Below, one piece after another: positions 22,772 to 33,873 of a stretch of 52,577 bases of DNA; the stretch's first letter is position 1, and the number at the start of each line of letters is the position of its first letter. The notes under the pieces are model-generated. The model had not been told where the DNA came from, searched no databases, and saw only the letters and a list, made by a program, of their open reading frames with translations. The stretch is taken from contig BLSG01000137.1 in assembly GCA_012862495.1 (NCBI GenBank), positions 208,586 through 261,162 of the forward strand, read 5' to 3'. This stretch comes from Thraustochytrium aureum (Eukaryota). The position numbers were made by a program, and so were the translations under genes.

Positions 22772-25136
22772 GCCAGACCACTGGGACCGCTATTGTCGCA
22801 GCGACAGGCCTCGGCGCTGGCAGCGGCCGTGCAAGCATCAAGCGCAACCGCAGGCGCCCAGGATCGTTCTCCGCAGGAGGCAGTAGCTTTAGAATTGGGA
22901 GCACACATCCAAAACCTGCGACCACCAATCAACCACGAGGTCGGTTCGGACACAAGGTCGCTCGAGGCGACGCGATCTGCCGCTACAATGCTGGGCGGGC
23001 CGTCGAGCGCGGCTTTCGCTGCACAGCTTCTGACCGCCGCGTCGCAGCAAGGTTTGCTTCATCAGACTCTGCCCGTCGGCGCTTTGCAGCGTCTGAGTGC
23101 ACAGGAGATACTCAACCTCTTGAGCGCACTCAACTCGACAGAGGCCTCGCCTGGCGGAAGCGCCGCTATCGCGCAGCACTCCGCGGCGAGCTCCCAGTCG
23201 ACTCCCTCAAGCGCGGCAGGCGGCCAGGCTTGGCAAACGCAGTTCTCTCATCTGTTCGCCGCGGCTCCGCGAGGAGGTGTGCAAAACGCAGGCTTCGCGA
23301 CGCCTCCGCACGTCGTCAATGCTTCACAGACGCCCACTACGCTAGACAGCATCCTGAATCCGCACGAGTCTCACTCGGCCAGCCTGGGAAGTGTGCAGGC
23401 TGGCCTCGGGCGTGGGACCAGCGGCCTCGTCAGCGGCGCGGCATCTGACGGCGCAAGCAACGGGATCGCCGCTCCAGAGGATCATCCCGGCGCTGCCCGA
23501 GGCCGCGACGAGCAGCAGCAAATGGCGTCGCAGCGTGTCTCCGGCGGCGGAGCAGACCCTGATTCTCCGACCCCCGCACACAGCGTCGACGTGTTGGACA
23601 TGCTCACTCCATCTCCCATTCAATGGGCAACGGCGCGGACAGCGAGTTCCAGGGAACTGGCGCAGCTTCGCAAAGACTGTTCCCGGAGCAGCGCCAAGCC
23701 GGCCTCCGTGACGCGCCTCTTCTCTCGGCGATGGACGCGCGGCCGCAACCTGGTGGCGCGCCCGCCCCGGCCACAAAGGGGCCAGCATCTTCGGACGCAA
23801 CTGGTGCGAGGCCAAGCTCGTGGGCCCCACCAGGACCCAAACCGACAGTGTTTACAGGCGCGTTGCCCAGCAGCATCCGCGCGAATCCACATCGCAAAAC
23901 CTGTGTGGTGCCAAGCAGCAGCAGCGTGGCCTCCAACGGCAGTGCTGGCAGCGAAGGCAGCGGCGGTGCATTGGGCTCGCCGCGAGAGCGGACACGGTCG
24001 AACGGCAACAGCAGCAGCAACGACGGACCGCGCAGGTGGCTTTCTGAAGAAGACGAGCGGCTTCGCCAAGCCGTCGCCAAGTTCGGCGACAAGCGCTGGA
24101 AAGACATCGCCAGAGAAGTGGGGACTCGCGACAATGTGCAGTGCCTCCAGCGATGGCGCAAGAGCCTCAAGCCAGGGCTGATAAAGGGCCCGTGGCGCGA
24201 GGACGAAGACGCCTTGTTGCGGGAGAAAGTCAAACAGAAGAAGGCAGAGCCAAGCCGGACGTGGACCTGGGTCGCCAAGCACATAAGCGGCCNNNNNNNN
24301 NNNNNNNNNNNNNNNNNNNNNNNNNNNNNNNNNNNNNNNNNNNNNNNNNNNNNNNNNNNNNNNNNNNNNNNNNNNNNNNNNNNNNNNNNNNNNNNNNNNN
24401 NNNNNNNNNNNNNNNNNNNNNNNNNNNNNNNNNNNNNNNNNNNNNNGGCGCTGGCGAGTTTAACCACGTGCTTGAACGCAAAGGGCGGTCAGAGTCGACC
24501 ATCTCGCCCTCCTCGTCGTTTGTTGTTGACGGGGCGGCCGCAGCAGCGCCGTCCATCAACCCGAAAGCGGAAAAGCTCAAGCGCAAGAGCGAGTCTACGA
24601 GTGCGCTCGACAAGAAGCGTCGCATCGACGTGGACGTCATGCAGCACATGCAGGCTCCTTTTCAGCCTCGCCCGCTCCACATGCCGTCCGGCATCGCATC
24701 CTCCGCAGAGGCTGCGCCGTCTCCAGCAGCCTTCCGCACCGCGCAGGCGCCGCGCGACGTGGCAAAACCGCCACCTAGCACGTCATCCTCGTCCATTACA
24801 GTTTTGTCGCACGCACCGCTCGTGCGATCCACCTCGTCGCAGTCGGTTCCCGACCTCGACGCACTCGACCTGAATCGCGCGTCGCATGCGATGTCGCAAA
24901 ACCTTTGCCTTTCGGCAGAGGATCGTGGCATTGATGCGCTCAATCAGCGCGCGATATTGCAGCAACTGGGTTTGCTGCCGGCAACTGGGCCAACAGCGGC
25001 ATTTGCGGCTGGTGGGGGCGCCGTGAACGCCGCCTCCCCGCCGAATTTTGTGCACTTTCAGCAGCACCCGCACCAGCAGAACCAGCAGCACCACCAACGA
25101 GGCGGTCTGGAAGAGCGCGAGGGTGGCAGTGCTTGA
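22772..25136 (+). CDS. MYB-repeat transcription factor (start upstream or in gap; frameshift near 23615; gap within repeats)
   Basis: RRWLSEEDERLRQAVAKFGDKRWKDIAREVGTRDNVQCLQRWRKSLKPGLIKGPWREDEDALL..W..VAKHISG, resembling R1-R2 of 3R-MYB. Low-complexity flanks and an NLS-like KRKS..DKKRR. Confidence 0.88.
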
Positions 25137-25392
25137 GAGGCTGGAGTGGCCAGACACCCCCACCCCCCTAACAGATTTGCGTGGTGCGACGATCGTGATG
25201 CATGCATGCATGCATGCGCGCGCTCGCTCGATTATTCACTTATATACAACTACGAAAAGGCCATTGTTTCTTTGACCTGGCCTCCTCGCGCACGCAGTAG
25301 ATTCTGTGTGCCAAGGCGTCTTGCGAGTCGTTGGTGTGTCCTCCAGCGAGACCAAAACTGGCCCATGCAACGCGCTTCATACATAAACAGTT

Positions 25393-27500
25393 CTACAAAA
25401 CAACGTTGACGCCCCGATACCCCGGCAATCGCGCGTCTGCGCCACCAGCGCTGTCAGCGGTGTCGCCGGCGTCCCGACTTCCAAAGCTGCGACTGCCGCC
25501 GAGTTGCTCAAGAGAGGCCCGGTGAAAAATCGGCGAGAGCGAGCCGGGGCCGTGCTCTGGCGATCCGCCCCCCGCAGACGCCACGGACGGGCGGCGGGAG
25601 CCGCGGCGGCGGCCACCGAATACAGGCTTCAAGTACGTTTCGTCAAAGTGGCGCCACGCGGCTGACAGGGTGCCGTACTGGAACCCGTCCCCGTCCTCCG
25701 ACTGGTTCGGGTCAAAGCTCGCCAATGCGCTTGCGTCCGTGTTCGCCCTCAAATGAATCGTGTCAGGGGTCATCCCGAGGTGCAAGAGGCTTTCCGGGGA
25801 AGACATCGCTCCATAACCGAAAGCAGCCTTGCGCCGCTGCTCGCCGTGAAAGCTGAGCGGGGCCTTTTCATGGGCAACAACGCCCAGGCCTTGCGCGGCC
25901 CAAAACAGCGAGGAGCCCTGGACCACATAAGTAAAGAGGATGACAGAGATTGTCGTGGTCACCATCATCCCCTCGCGGTTCAGCACGGGGGCGTGCAGCG
26001 CCAAGGCAAAAGCCACAGCGCCTCGGAGCCCGGCAAGCGACATGAAGACCTGGGCACGCCATCCGATGTACGACGGGACAACCCTGTAGGCCGGCGGTGC
26101 GAGGTGGCCGCTGGTTCCGTCCCTGTACAGCGGGCGAGACTCGGCCTCGCTCTCCCGGCTCGCAGAACCTCGAAAGCAAGCAGACACCCCAGCACAAGCC
26201 AGGAACGAGATGGCGCGGCAGGGGGGCCACCGGGACCAGGAGGCGCGATGCGACGTCACCCACTTGGTCAGGTTGATAATGTTGCTTGAGAAGACAATAT
26301 GCACGAAGCGCGAGGCCAGGCACAGAACGAGCAAGACGACGATTAGGGTACCGTTCCACTCGCCCTCGGAGACGGAAAACACCGAGGCACCAAGGAAGAC
26401 AAACACAAAGGTCTCGGCAAGGTGCCCGATGGTCTTGAACCAGCTCGCTGTGGCCAGCTGGCTCATGTGCGAGATGTTGTAGAACGAGTAGTGGGTCATC
26501 GTGGCGCCGCAAAAGAAGAGCGCCACGACCGGGGAAAGCCCCACCTGGCGCGGCAACAAGTAGCTCAGATACGCAAACAGCAGCAGGATGGCCTGCTCGC
26601 GGCCAGGGCTGTTTTGCAGATGCACGGCCCGCCGCAGTGTGTACGCGCTTAGGAGCCCCATGGAAACTCCCGCCACCATGGACAGCGCGGTCACCGCAAC
26701 GAACCGGTAGCACAGCATTGCCACGTCACCTTCCTTCATCGCGTTCATGTCCCCGCGGGCCATCAGCACGGCGTGGTAGACGCGAAACTCGTTGTACAGC
26801 ACGACGGCGACAGCGCTGTTCAAAACGCTCTCCCCGAAAAGGAACGCATAGATCTGCCTGTCCACGTCAGCCGGGAGCATGCCGAGAACCGCGCCAGGGT
26901 CGACGGCGGAGAGCAGCGCCCCCAGGATCAAGCAGTCTACGAGGGGCATAAATACGCCACCGGGGTGGTTGTCGTGTTCAAAGTCAAGGAGCAGCCCGTC
27001 CCCGTCCGGCTTCCAGTCCTTGTTCGATGTGAACCGTCCTATGATCCCGGTCTGGAACGCCCAGTGGACCCCGACCCCGATCGCGACCGTGGAAAAGATG
27101 GTGCCAAGCAGCGAAAAGCACAAAATCCCGGAAAGGTTTCGAAAGAACGACTTGTTCTTGATCGAGAAGGCGTTGCTGAAGATGATGGCCGGCAGCAGAA
27201 AGTCAAAAAACACCCCGGAGAATCCGTACAGGATTGTCTCTGTCAGGTCTTCGTACTTGAACGCCCACGAGAGGGCGCCCAGGCACACCCCGATCGCGAT
27301 CGCCACAATCTGCTCAGGGAGGAAGCTCAACACGCCCAGCCGCTTGCGCCAGTACATGGCCACCAAGCAGAGCAGATTCGCGCCTGTCAGCATGACCATC
27401 TCCACGTCGGCGGCGACCCAGAGGCCGAACCCGCGATGCCGTACGGTAGCCCGAGCACCGTCAGCTCTGGCACGCCGCCCGTTGGCGCCGCCGTCGCCAT
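25393..27500 (-). CDS. Na+/H+ exchanger, CPA1 (NHE/NHX) family; likely start at 27500 with a frameshift near 27431
   Basis: FFDFLLPAIIF, FFRNLSGIL..LGT, LSAVDP, LFGESVLN, ETFVFVFLG, AGLRGAVAFALA. Confidence 0.93.
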
Positions 27501-27728
27501 CCTCGCAGCCGCCGTCCTCGCAGCCGCCCGTCGCTGCGCCTCTGCTTGCAGCGCCTCTGCTCGCAGCGCAGCGCAAGCGAGAGAGAAGATTGGGACGACC
27601 TAACCCATGACCTAACAGACCTCCATCCACTTGACGATCTATCAATCAATCAATCAATCCCCGGTGGCATGCACCGATGTCAACTGGCGGTTCGGCGTCT
27701 TGGGCCCGTCGTCGTCTCTTTTCTTGGA

Positions 27729-29219
27729 TTACTTTTCTACTTTACTTCCTGCAGCTGCCCTGCTCCTTGACACGGAGGACGCGACGCTTTGGGCGACAGC
27801 GTCGAGAGGCTCGTCGCCAGGAATGAAGAGCCGCTGGTCTTCGAGTTCAAAGAGCCTCGGCAGCAGCTCCCGCTCGGCCTCGAGTCTCGCGGTCCTGATA
27901 CGTGCTTCGACCTCGGCCTTGCTTCCCAAAAAGCAAGGGATCACTGTGCCCTTGACTTGTGCTTCGCGGCGCAGTGCAACGCGAGTCTCGTTGACGCAGT
28001 ACTTGGAGTCGAAAAAGTTGACCAGGTTGACGAGGATCACGATAGCAGGGGCTTCCTGGAGTACGCGCTTCATCTCTGCCGTGGGGTTGCTTGAGACCTC
28101 GAGGTTTCTGGCGTCCAAGAACGGCGCAAGCGCGTTCTGTTCGAGATCACGGCGAATCTTTTCTGCGTCATACTTGTTGTCGCCACGGTGCACGATGAAC
28201 ACGTCGTACTGGCGATCGCCAAGCCCCGATGAGGTGCTTGCTATAACTGCCATCGAGTTGCTCGCTGGTTCTGTTCCATGCTTGAGCGCGGCAGCAGCTC
28301 CAGAGAGCCTGCTCGCTTGTCGTCTCTTCCACGTCACGATACCAAAGGCCGACAGGAGGGCGAGAGTGACACCAACGAGACTGCCTCCAACTATGGTTTC
28401 AGCACTGAGGCCTTCAGAGCCTTGACTGCCGCGCAGGTTGCTGGCGTCCTCCTTGGTTGCGCTCGTTGGCGCCCTTGTTCTTTGGTCAGACACCGGAGCA
28501 GCGTTCCGCGNNNNNNNNNNNNNNNNNNNNNNNNNNNNNNNNNNNNNNNNNNNNNNNNNNNNNNNNNNNNNNNNNNNNNNNNNNNNNNNNNNNNAGGCGC
28601 TCGGCGAGGCGCTCGGCGAGGCGCTCGGCGCGAACGACGGCGCAGAGCTTGGCATTCGCGAAGGAGAAACGCTAGGCGAGGTGCTAGTAGGGGCGGTGCT
28701 AGGCGCGGTGCTCGGCGCCTGCGTCGGCGCACGCGTCGGCGAACCCGACGGCAACTTGGTCGGTTTCGAGGTTGGCCGGGGCACGCCAAGCGCTTGCCCG
28801 CAATCCGAGCAGTCGGTGCCCAGCTTGCAAACTGTGGATTTGGCAGTTGGCCTGCCATCGTCGCAGAGCCCAAAGCGGACAATTTCACACCCAACAGCGC
28901 CATCGTCCTCGATCCGTCCGTCGCAAGTATCATAGCAAAGGTCAGCCGTCGGGCTCGTAGGATCTGGGCACGTGTTGCAGGTCACTGGGCACTGCCGCCG
29001 AACGCGTGTCCCGAAGTCAGAGTCCTCGGCGCAGTACTCTGCCAGCTCCGAACAGGTACTTGCCCACTCTGATATGTACCAGGACGGGCATGCCCTGCCG
29101 ATGACTATAGTCGGGTTTCGGTTGTCACCAACGTGGCCTTCCCACCCTGGGCACCACTGCGAGGCAGCTCCGACAGCATACAGCGCGACGCCGGCGGCCA
29201 CCAGCCTCGCATTGCCCAT
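27729..29219 (-). CDS. Single-pass receptor: signal peptide, ShKT-like domain, Cys-rich module, PT/PS stalk, TM helix, TIR domain
   Basis: Signal MGNARLVAAGVALYAVGAAS. ShKT-like C..C..C..RRQCPVTCNTC. Module CDDG..CKLGTDCSDCG. Stalk PTRAPTQAPSTAPS. TM IVGGSLVGVTLALLSAFGIVTW-KRR. TIR YDVFIVHRG..PFLD..AIVILV..FFDSKYCVNE..VIPCF. Confidence 0.88.
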   Translation of the reverse strand: MGNARLVAAGVALYAVGAASQWCPGWEGHVGDNRNPTIVIGRACPSWYISEWASTCSELAEYCAEDSDFGTRVRRQCPVTCNTCPDPTSPTADLCYDTCDGRIEDDGAVGCEIVRFGLCDDGRPTAKSTVCKLGTDCSDCGQALGVPRPTSKPTKLPSGSPTRAPTQAPSTAPSTAPTSTSPSVSPSRMPSSAPSFAPSASPSASPSAXXXXXXXXXXXXXXXXXXXXXXXXXXXXXRNAAPVSDQRTRAPTSATKEDASNLRGSQGSEGLSAETIVGGSLVGVTLALLSAFGIVTWKRRQASRLSGAAAALKHGTEPASNSMAVIASTSSGLGDRQYDVFIVHRGDNKYDAEKIRRDLEQNALAPFLDARNLEVSSNPTAEMKRVLQEAPAIVILVNLVNFFDSKYCVNETRVALRREAQVKGTVIPCFLGSKAEVEARIRTARLEAERELLPRLFELEDQRLFIPGDEPLDAVAQSVASSVSRSRAAAGSKVEK

Positions 29220-30336
29220 ATTGATCGGCTCGGCGGCAGCTTTTCGCGCAGTGCTAGTTGTGTTGGTGACCAGCCGCGTTCTTCCTTCGGTCAAGGTCCT
29301 GTGCGCAAGCGTTTGGTGTCTGCTGTTCAGGCTGCTATCCTGCACGCTCGTGGTCGTGGTGGTGGCCGGCGTAGTCGTCGGTCGACACTCCCAAGCAAGC
29401 AAGCAAGCGATGCGGTTGCCGTTCTGGATGTCCTGCACGAGGCCTTGCGTTCCTGATTTTGACTCGCTTGTGCCGTTCTGGAGTGAATCGCAATTGCGAC
29501 TCGCGGCGAGCATCTCGATCGCAAGCTGTTCAACTTTCAAGGGAGGGAAAAGCGCTCGCGCGCCGGAATGGCGACGCTAGACTAGATCTTATCGAGCAGC
29601 AGCGTGCGAACTGGCCCAGCGCGCGAAAGCCCCCGTCCACCAGCTGACGCGTGAGTGGGTCGCGCGCAACACGTGTTCATCAACCCAACCACTGACGAAC
29701 TCAAGCCTGTCCGTTACTCGGCCTGAGAGGAGAATATGAAAGCCACCGGCAGAGAGAAATGGGGTGTGCATCTCACGCTGCTTCACATTCTTGAGAGTGT
29801 GTTCAGGTCGCCATCTGCTCGGTGCAGCTTCTTCGGTACTCTACGCTTGACGTAAGTACGTGAACATCAACGACTCGTCCAGCGCTCGGACGGTGATCTC
29901 GCGCCGCCCGGAGCGTTGGAGAGTCATTCAACCCTTTTATTTGAATGTGAGGCTTCAACGAAGCGACGAGACGGCAATACAGTTCGTCTGTCCGGAGAGT
30001 GGTGCGTCGCGGAGACGAGCTCTGCGCGGTTGAGCCACGAGAGAATGGTCTCCTGCCAGCCACAGTGTATGTGGCCTCAGGAGCAGGCTCAGAACAGATT
30101 CAAGCAACGCCGCTTCGACCCTCCGTTTGGACAATTTGCGAACGAAGTGTGCGTCAGCGCGGTCTGCCATCAAGCTGGCAAGCAAGCAGCGGGCCTTTGT
30201 TTGAAGAGGGGAAAGCGGTAGCAAAGGACCGCCGCCGAGTCGTGGGGCCGACATCATCGCCCCTACGGACGGCTTGGTTCGCTGCATCGGTTGTGAGCAC
30301 GTCTTTGCCGAAACTCTTTCTACTAGCTCGAGAGAG

Positions 30337-30385
30337 GTAGTAGAGAAAGAGCTAGCTCTCTAGTAGTAGAGAAAGAGCTAGCTCT
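30337..30385. repeat. 23-bp direct repeat containing the palindrome AGAGCTAGCTCT
   Basis: GTAGTAGAGAAAGAGCTAGCTCT at 30337-30359 and 30363-30385. Confidence 0.85.
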
Positions 30386-31340
30386 AGCTGCGAGCGGTCG
30401 TCCAACTCAAGCTCTACTAGAACTAGAGGGCTCCCGTGCGAAGAGCATACTAAAGGGCTCCCCTGCAGAAACATCGATTGCGGGAGCAATGCGACTGAGC
30501 GTCCTATGTATGGCCTTTTCGCAACCCGTGTTGACAAGGCAGCCTCTGGTTCCGGCGCGAGCTGCATTCTGAGCACGGCTTGATCAAGGAGCTTATCGCG
30601 GCTTGACAGTGATCGATCGATCCAGCACTAGTTGCTTCCGCCAAAGCGAGGCGTCGTGACGCGACGATGATGAAATGTTTCGGGGAGCAGGCATTTCGGC
30701 GAGGGAGAACAAGTTTACCACCAAATGGATGGCATGCGATCTCTGGTCGTTGAGGGAGCGGGTTGCCGCGGATCCGGCTGGCAGGCGACTGACGAAAAGC
30801 ACCTCCCCTCGTGGTACCTCGAATGGAGAACTGGTTTTGTTCCGAGTGGACGAACTGCTCGGTGTGCACTCCCCTATACCTCCAGAGTAGTGAGTGAGTG
30901 CGACGACGACGGATGAGAGTGGTGCCTGCCGTCCGGAGTTGGCCATGCACGACGGAGACATCATGATCCTGCTGCAATCATTCACTTTACCACCTCTTTC
31001 GGCTGTGGGAGCCCAAACTCTGCCCCTTTGGGCGGGGCTACATACACGAGTGAGTACTTCCGCCCACACCTACTCTCTACTCTCTCCGAGAGGGAGAGAT
31101 TACTAGGTACGCTGTAGCAGCGCGATCCTCCTTGGCAGCAGGCGCTGCAAAAACGACAGCCTGAGCGCCACTCGCAGGAGGATGGCTTGGCGAGTACTGC
31201 GCACCTACCCACGCGTCTCCTAGTCGACCATCCATTCCCGTTCAAGCTCGTCTGCAGGACTCGGAGTGAGAAAAGCGACAACAGCCGAGGAGGCACACAC
31301 GTTCAATTGAGAAAGATCAGATCAGCTTTGCGGTCGGCAA

Positions 31341-32861
31341 ATGGCGACGATTGCATTGGTTGATGCAAGTGCGTCGGCGACCTCCATTCGCTGGCAGTCC
31401 ACGAACGATCGACAGGGCGCCGCGCGCGCTCGACACGCGCGTAACAGCAGCGAGCACAGCCAAGTGCGCGCGGGAAGAACTGAGCAGAGCACAACCCGGC
31501 TCAGCTGGAAGCGCGCAAGGGAACTCGAGTTAGCGCGAGAATTTGCGCCTTGCAGAGATGGATAAAGTCACCGCGACAGCGATTTGCAGCGGCAAGTCGG
31601 ATCAGGCGGGCTGCAACGCGGAGCAGTTTTGCTTGTGGGACCCGCGGGCGGGGACTTGCAAACTGTCGTTTTGGTTCCAGTACTGCGCACTTGACAACGG
31701 CAAGCCAACCACGTGCGATTACGGAAAGTGCGAGTTCAAGACGGTCCACGGCTTGCCAGACTCGTGCATAGTCGCCCAACGCCCAGCCGGCTGGACGTGC
31801 GAGTACAGCGACTACGGAACCAATAGCGGGTGCGACTGCGACTGCGGCATCTGGGATCCAGGCTGCGCAACAGAACCGGACCAGCAAGACACCCCGGTCA
31901 AGTGCGGGCCGTGGCGTTAGGAGAGGCTGTTAAGGGCACGTACTGCGCGTTTCCGTCCAACACGTGCGTGACGCGGAGCCCCACAGGTTCGCCATCCAAA
32001 GGGCCAACCATGTCTCCGACCAAGGCGCCGAGCATGGGTCCAACAACAGGCTCTCCGACGCGAACCCCGACGCGACAGCCTACCGAGTCCCCCGAGAAAG
32101 CACCGAGCGCCTCGCCAACTTGGGCGAAGCCGTCCCAAGCACCTAGCCGCTCACCTAGCCGCGCCCCGTCGGTGAGCAGGGCTCCAACGAGTGCGCCATC
32201 CGGCTCGCCAGCTCAGCTCCTCAGCGCCGGGGCTGCGCGAGACGAGAGCGCCGGGCTTTCAACCACCCAAAGGGGATTCTATGCCGCAGGTGTTTTGGCC
32301 ATCATTCTTGCCGTTGTACTTGTCGTCGCTTGGAGGCGTCGCGGTCACCGGCAACAAGAGCCAGGAATACCAAGAAAACCCGTCGTCATTCTGGCTAGCA
32401 ACAATCAGAAAAAGCTGGCCACCAGTATCCAAGGCGGACTGCGATCGAAACGAATCGAGTGCGAGATTGTGCCTTCCCTGAACGGTGAAGCCAGCGTCGC
32501 CGGCCAGCCCTCGAGTATCCACAGCGCTCATGTTGTTATAGTTCTTCTCTCCTCCGTGCAGGAGCTGGCAAACTATCCAGCCTTTCGAACTGCTCTTTGC
32601 GAGCTGCGCGACCGTGTCACTGACGATGCGGAAAGTGCCAATGTCCGAGTGTTTCCGATGTATCTGACGCAGTTGCATGCCTTGAGGGCCGAGGAAAGAG
32701 CGTCGTCGCACGAAAATTCTGTAAGCTGGCTGTTCAGCGAGGTCAGCGGCTGGGAGGGAGCGCCGCTCCTCGCATTCAACCTTGACCAGCTTGTCGTCGA
32801 GGCTGTGGTACAGTACAACAAGACGGGCACATTCCCGCTGATCCAAGAAATCCACCTATAA
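31341..32861 (+). CDS. Single-pass receptor: Cys-rich ectodomain, PT/PS stalk, TM helix, divergent TIR-like domain (possible intron 31369-31555; frameshift near 31908)
   Basis: Cys-rich region including WTCEYSDYGTNSGCDCDCGIWDPGC. Stalk SPTGSPSKGPTMSPTKAPS. TM FYAAGVLAIILAVVLVVAW-RRR. Cytoplasmic alpha/beta pattern PVVILAS..LATSIQGGL..HVVIVLLSS..RVFPMYL..WLFSEV. Start and signal peptide uncertain. Confidence 0.72.
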
Positions 32862-32886
32862 AACTCGCGCGCTTGAACAGACAGAT

Positions 32887-33118
32887 ACCCTTGCCTCCGT
32901 GGCCCTGCGCATAGAATTGGGCCAACCGCCGACCCCAAGCAGCACAAGCTGGTCCTTGCTTGCAGCGTCGCGCAAGATCACCAACTCGTCGAACGTCGAA
33001 AAGCACATCGACACCCTTGCCTCCGTGGCCCTGCGCATAGTATTGGGCCAAACCGCCGACCCCGAGCAGCACAAGCTGAATTCTGACCCTTGCTTGCAAG
33101 ATCACCCGCTCGTCGAAA
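32887..33118. repeat. Diverged tandem duplication, unit about 126 bp
   Basis: ACCCTTGCCTCCGTGGCCCTGCGCATAG starts at 32887 and 33013, followed by shared AGCAGCACAAGCTG, CAAGATCACC and CTCGTCGAA blocks. Confidence 0.85.
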
Positions 33119-33873
33119 AAACNCACCGTGCCAGTCCACGAACAGCTCCCTTGTCATCNNNNNNNNNNNNNNNNNNNNNNNNNNNNNNNNNNNNNNNNNN
33201 NNNNNNNNNNNNNNNNNNNNNNNNNNNNNNNNNNNNNNNNNNNNNNNNNNNNNNNNNNNNNNNNNNNNNNNNNNNAAACGTCACGCTGGCGCCTCCCCGA
33301 ACGAAGGCTGCTCCCAGCAGCGCACATCATACCCTTGACTCCCTCCCTGTAGCCCCCCATTTCAATGCTTTGACCCAAACTAGCTCCACCTCGGGTTCTC
33401 TTGTGGGTTCCCTTTCGCGGTGTGTCGTATTCGTAGGAACGCACGCGCACCCCCTCGGCGGCCTGCTGTCCACTCGCGAGATGCTCCTGGGCGTCACTCG
33501 ACACGCGCTGGCGGAGACGACGATGATGTTGATGATGATGAATGAGGAGTGCTCGCTCGCCCTGATGATGCTGATGCCGATGATGCTGATGGAGATGATG
33601 CTGATGGAGAAGACGACGAGGAAGTGATGCCGCTGGACGCGCGGCAGACTCCGAACAGGTGACGACGACGACCGACCTCGGACTGGTCGACCGCCAGACC
33701 CTGAACGTGGCGCAGCACGACGAGCAAGTCCAAGCTCGTGTTGGACGGCAGTGGCGGCGCCTGGGCTCCTCGCGCGAGCTGCGCTTTGCACAGGAGTGCC
33801 TCGGGGCCCGAGTCGCCGAGGCCGAGCGCCGAGCAGGGTCGCGCACAAGCCGTCGCTTCGGCGTGCGGCGGGC

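Noticed and set aside
29803..31106. Short ORFs between the two receptor genes as a third component
   Set aside because: No recognisable domains or coding-like composition. A small exon for receptor 2 cannot be excluded.
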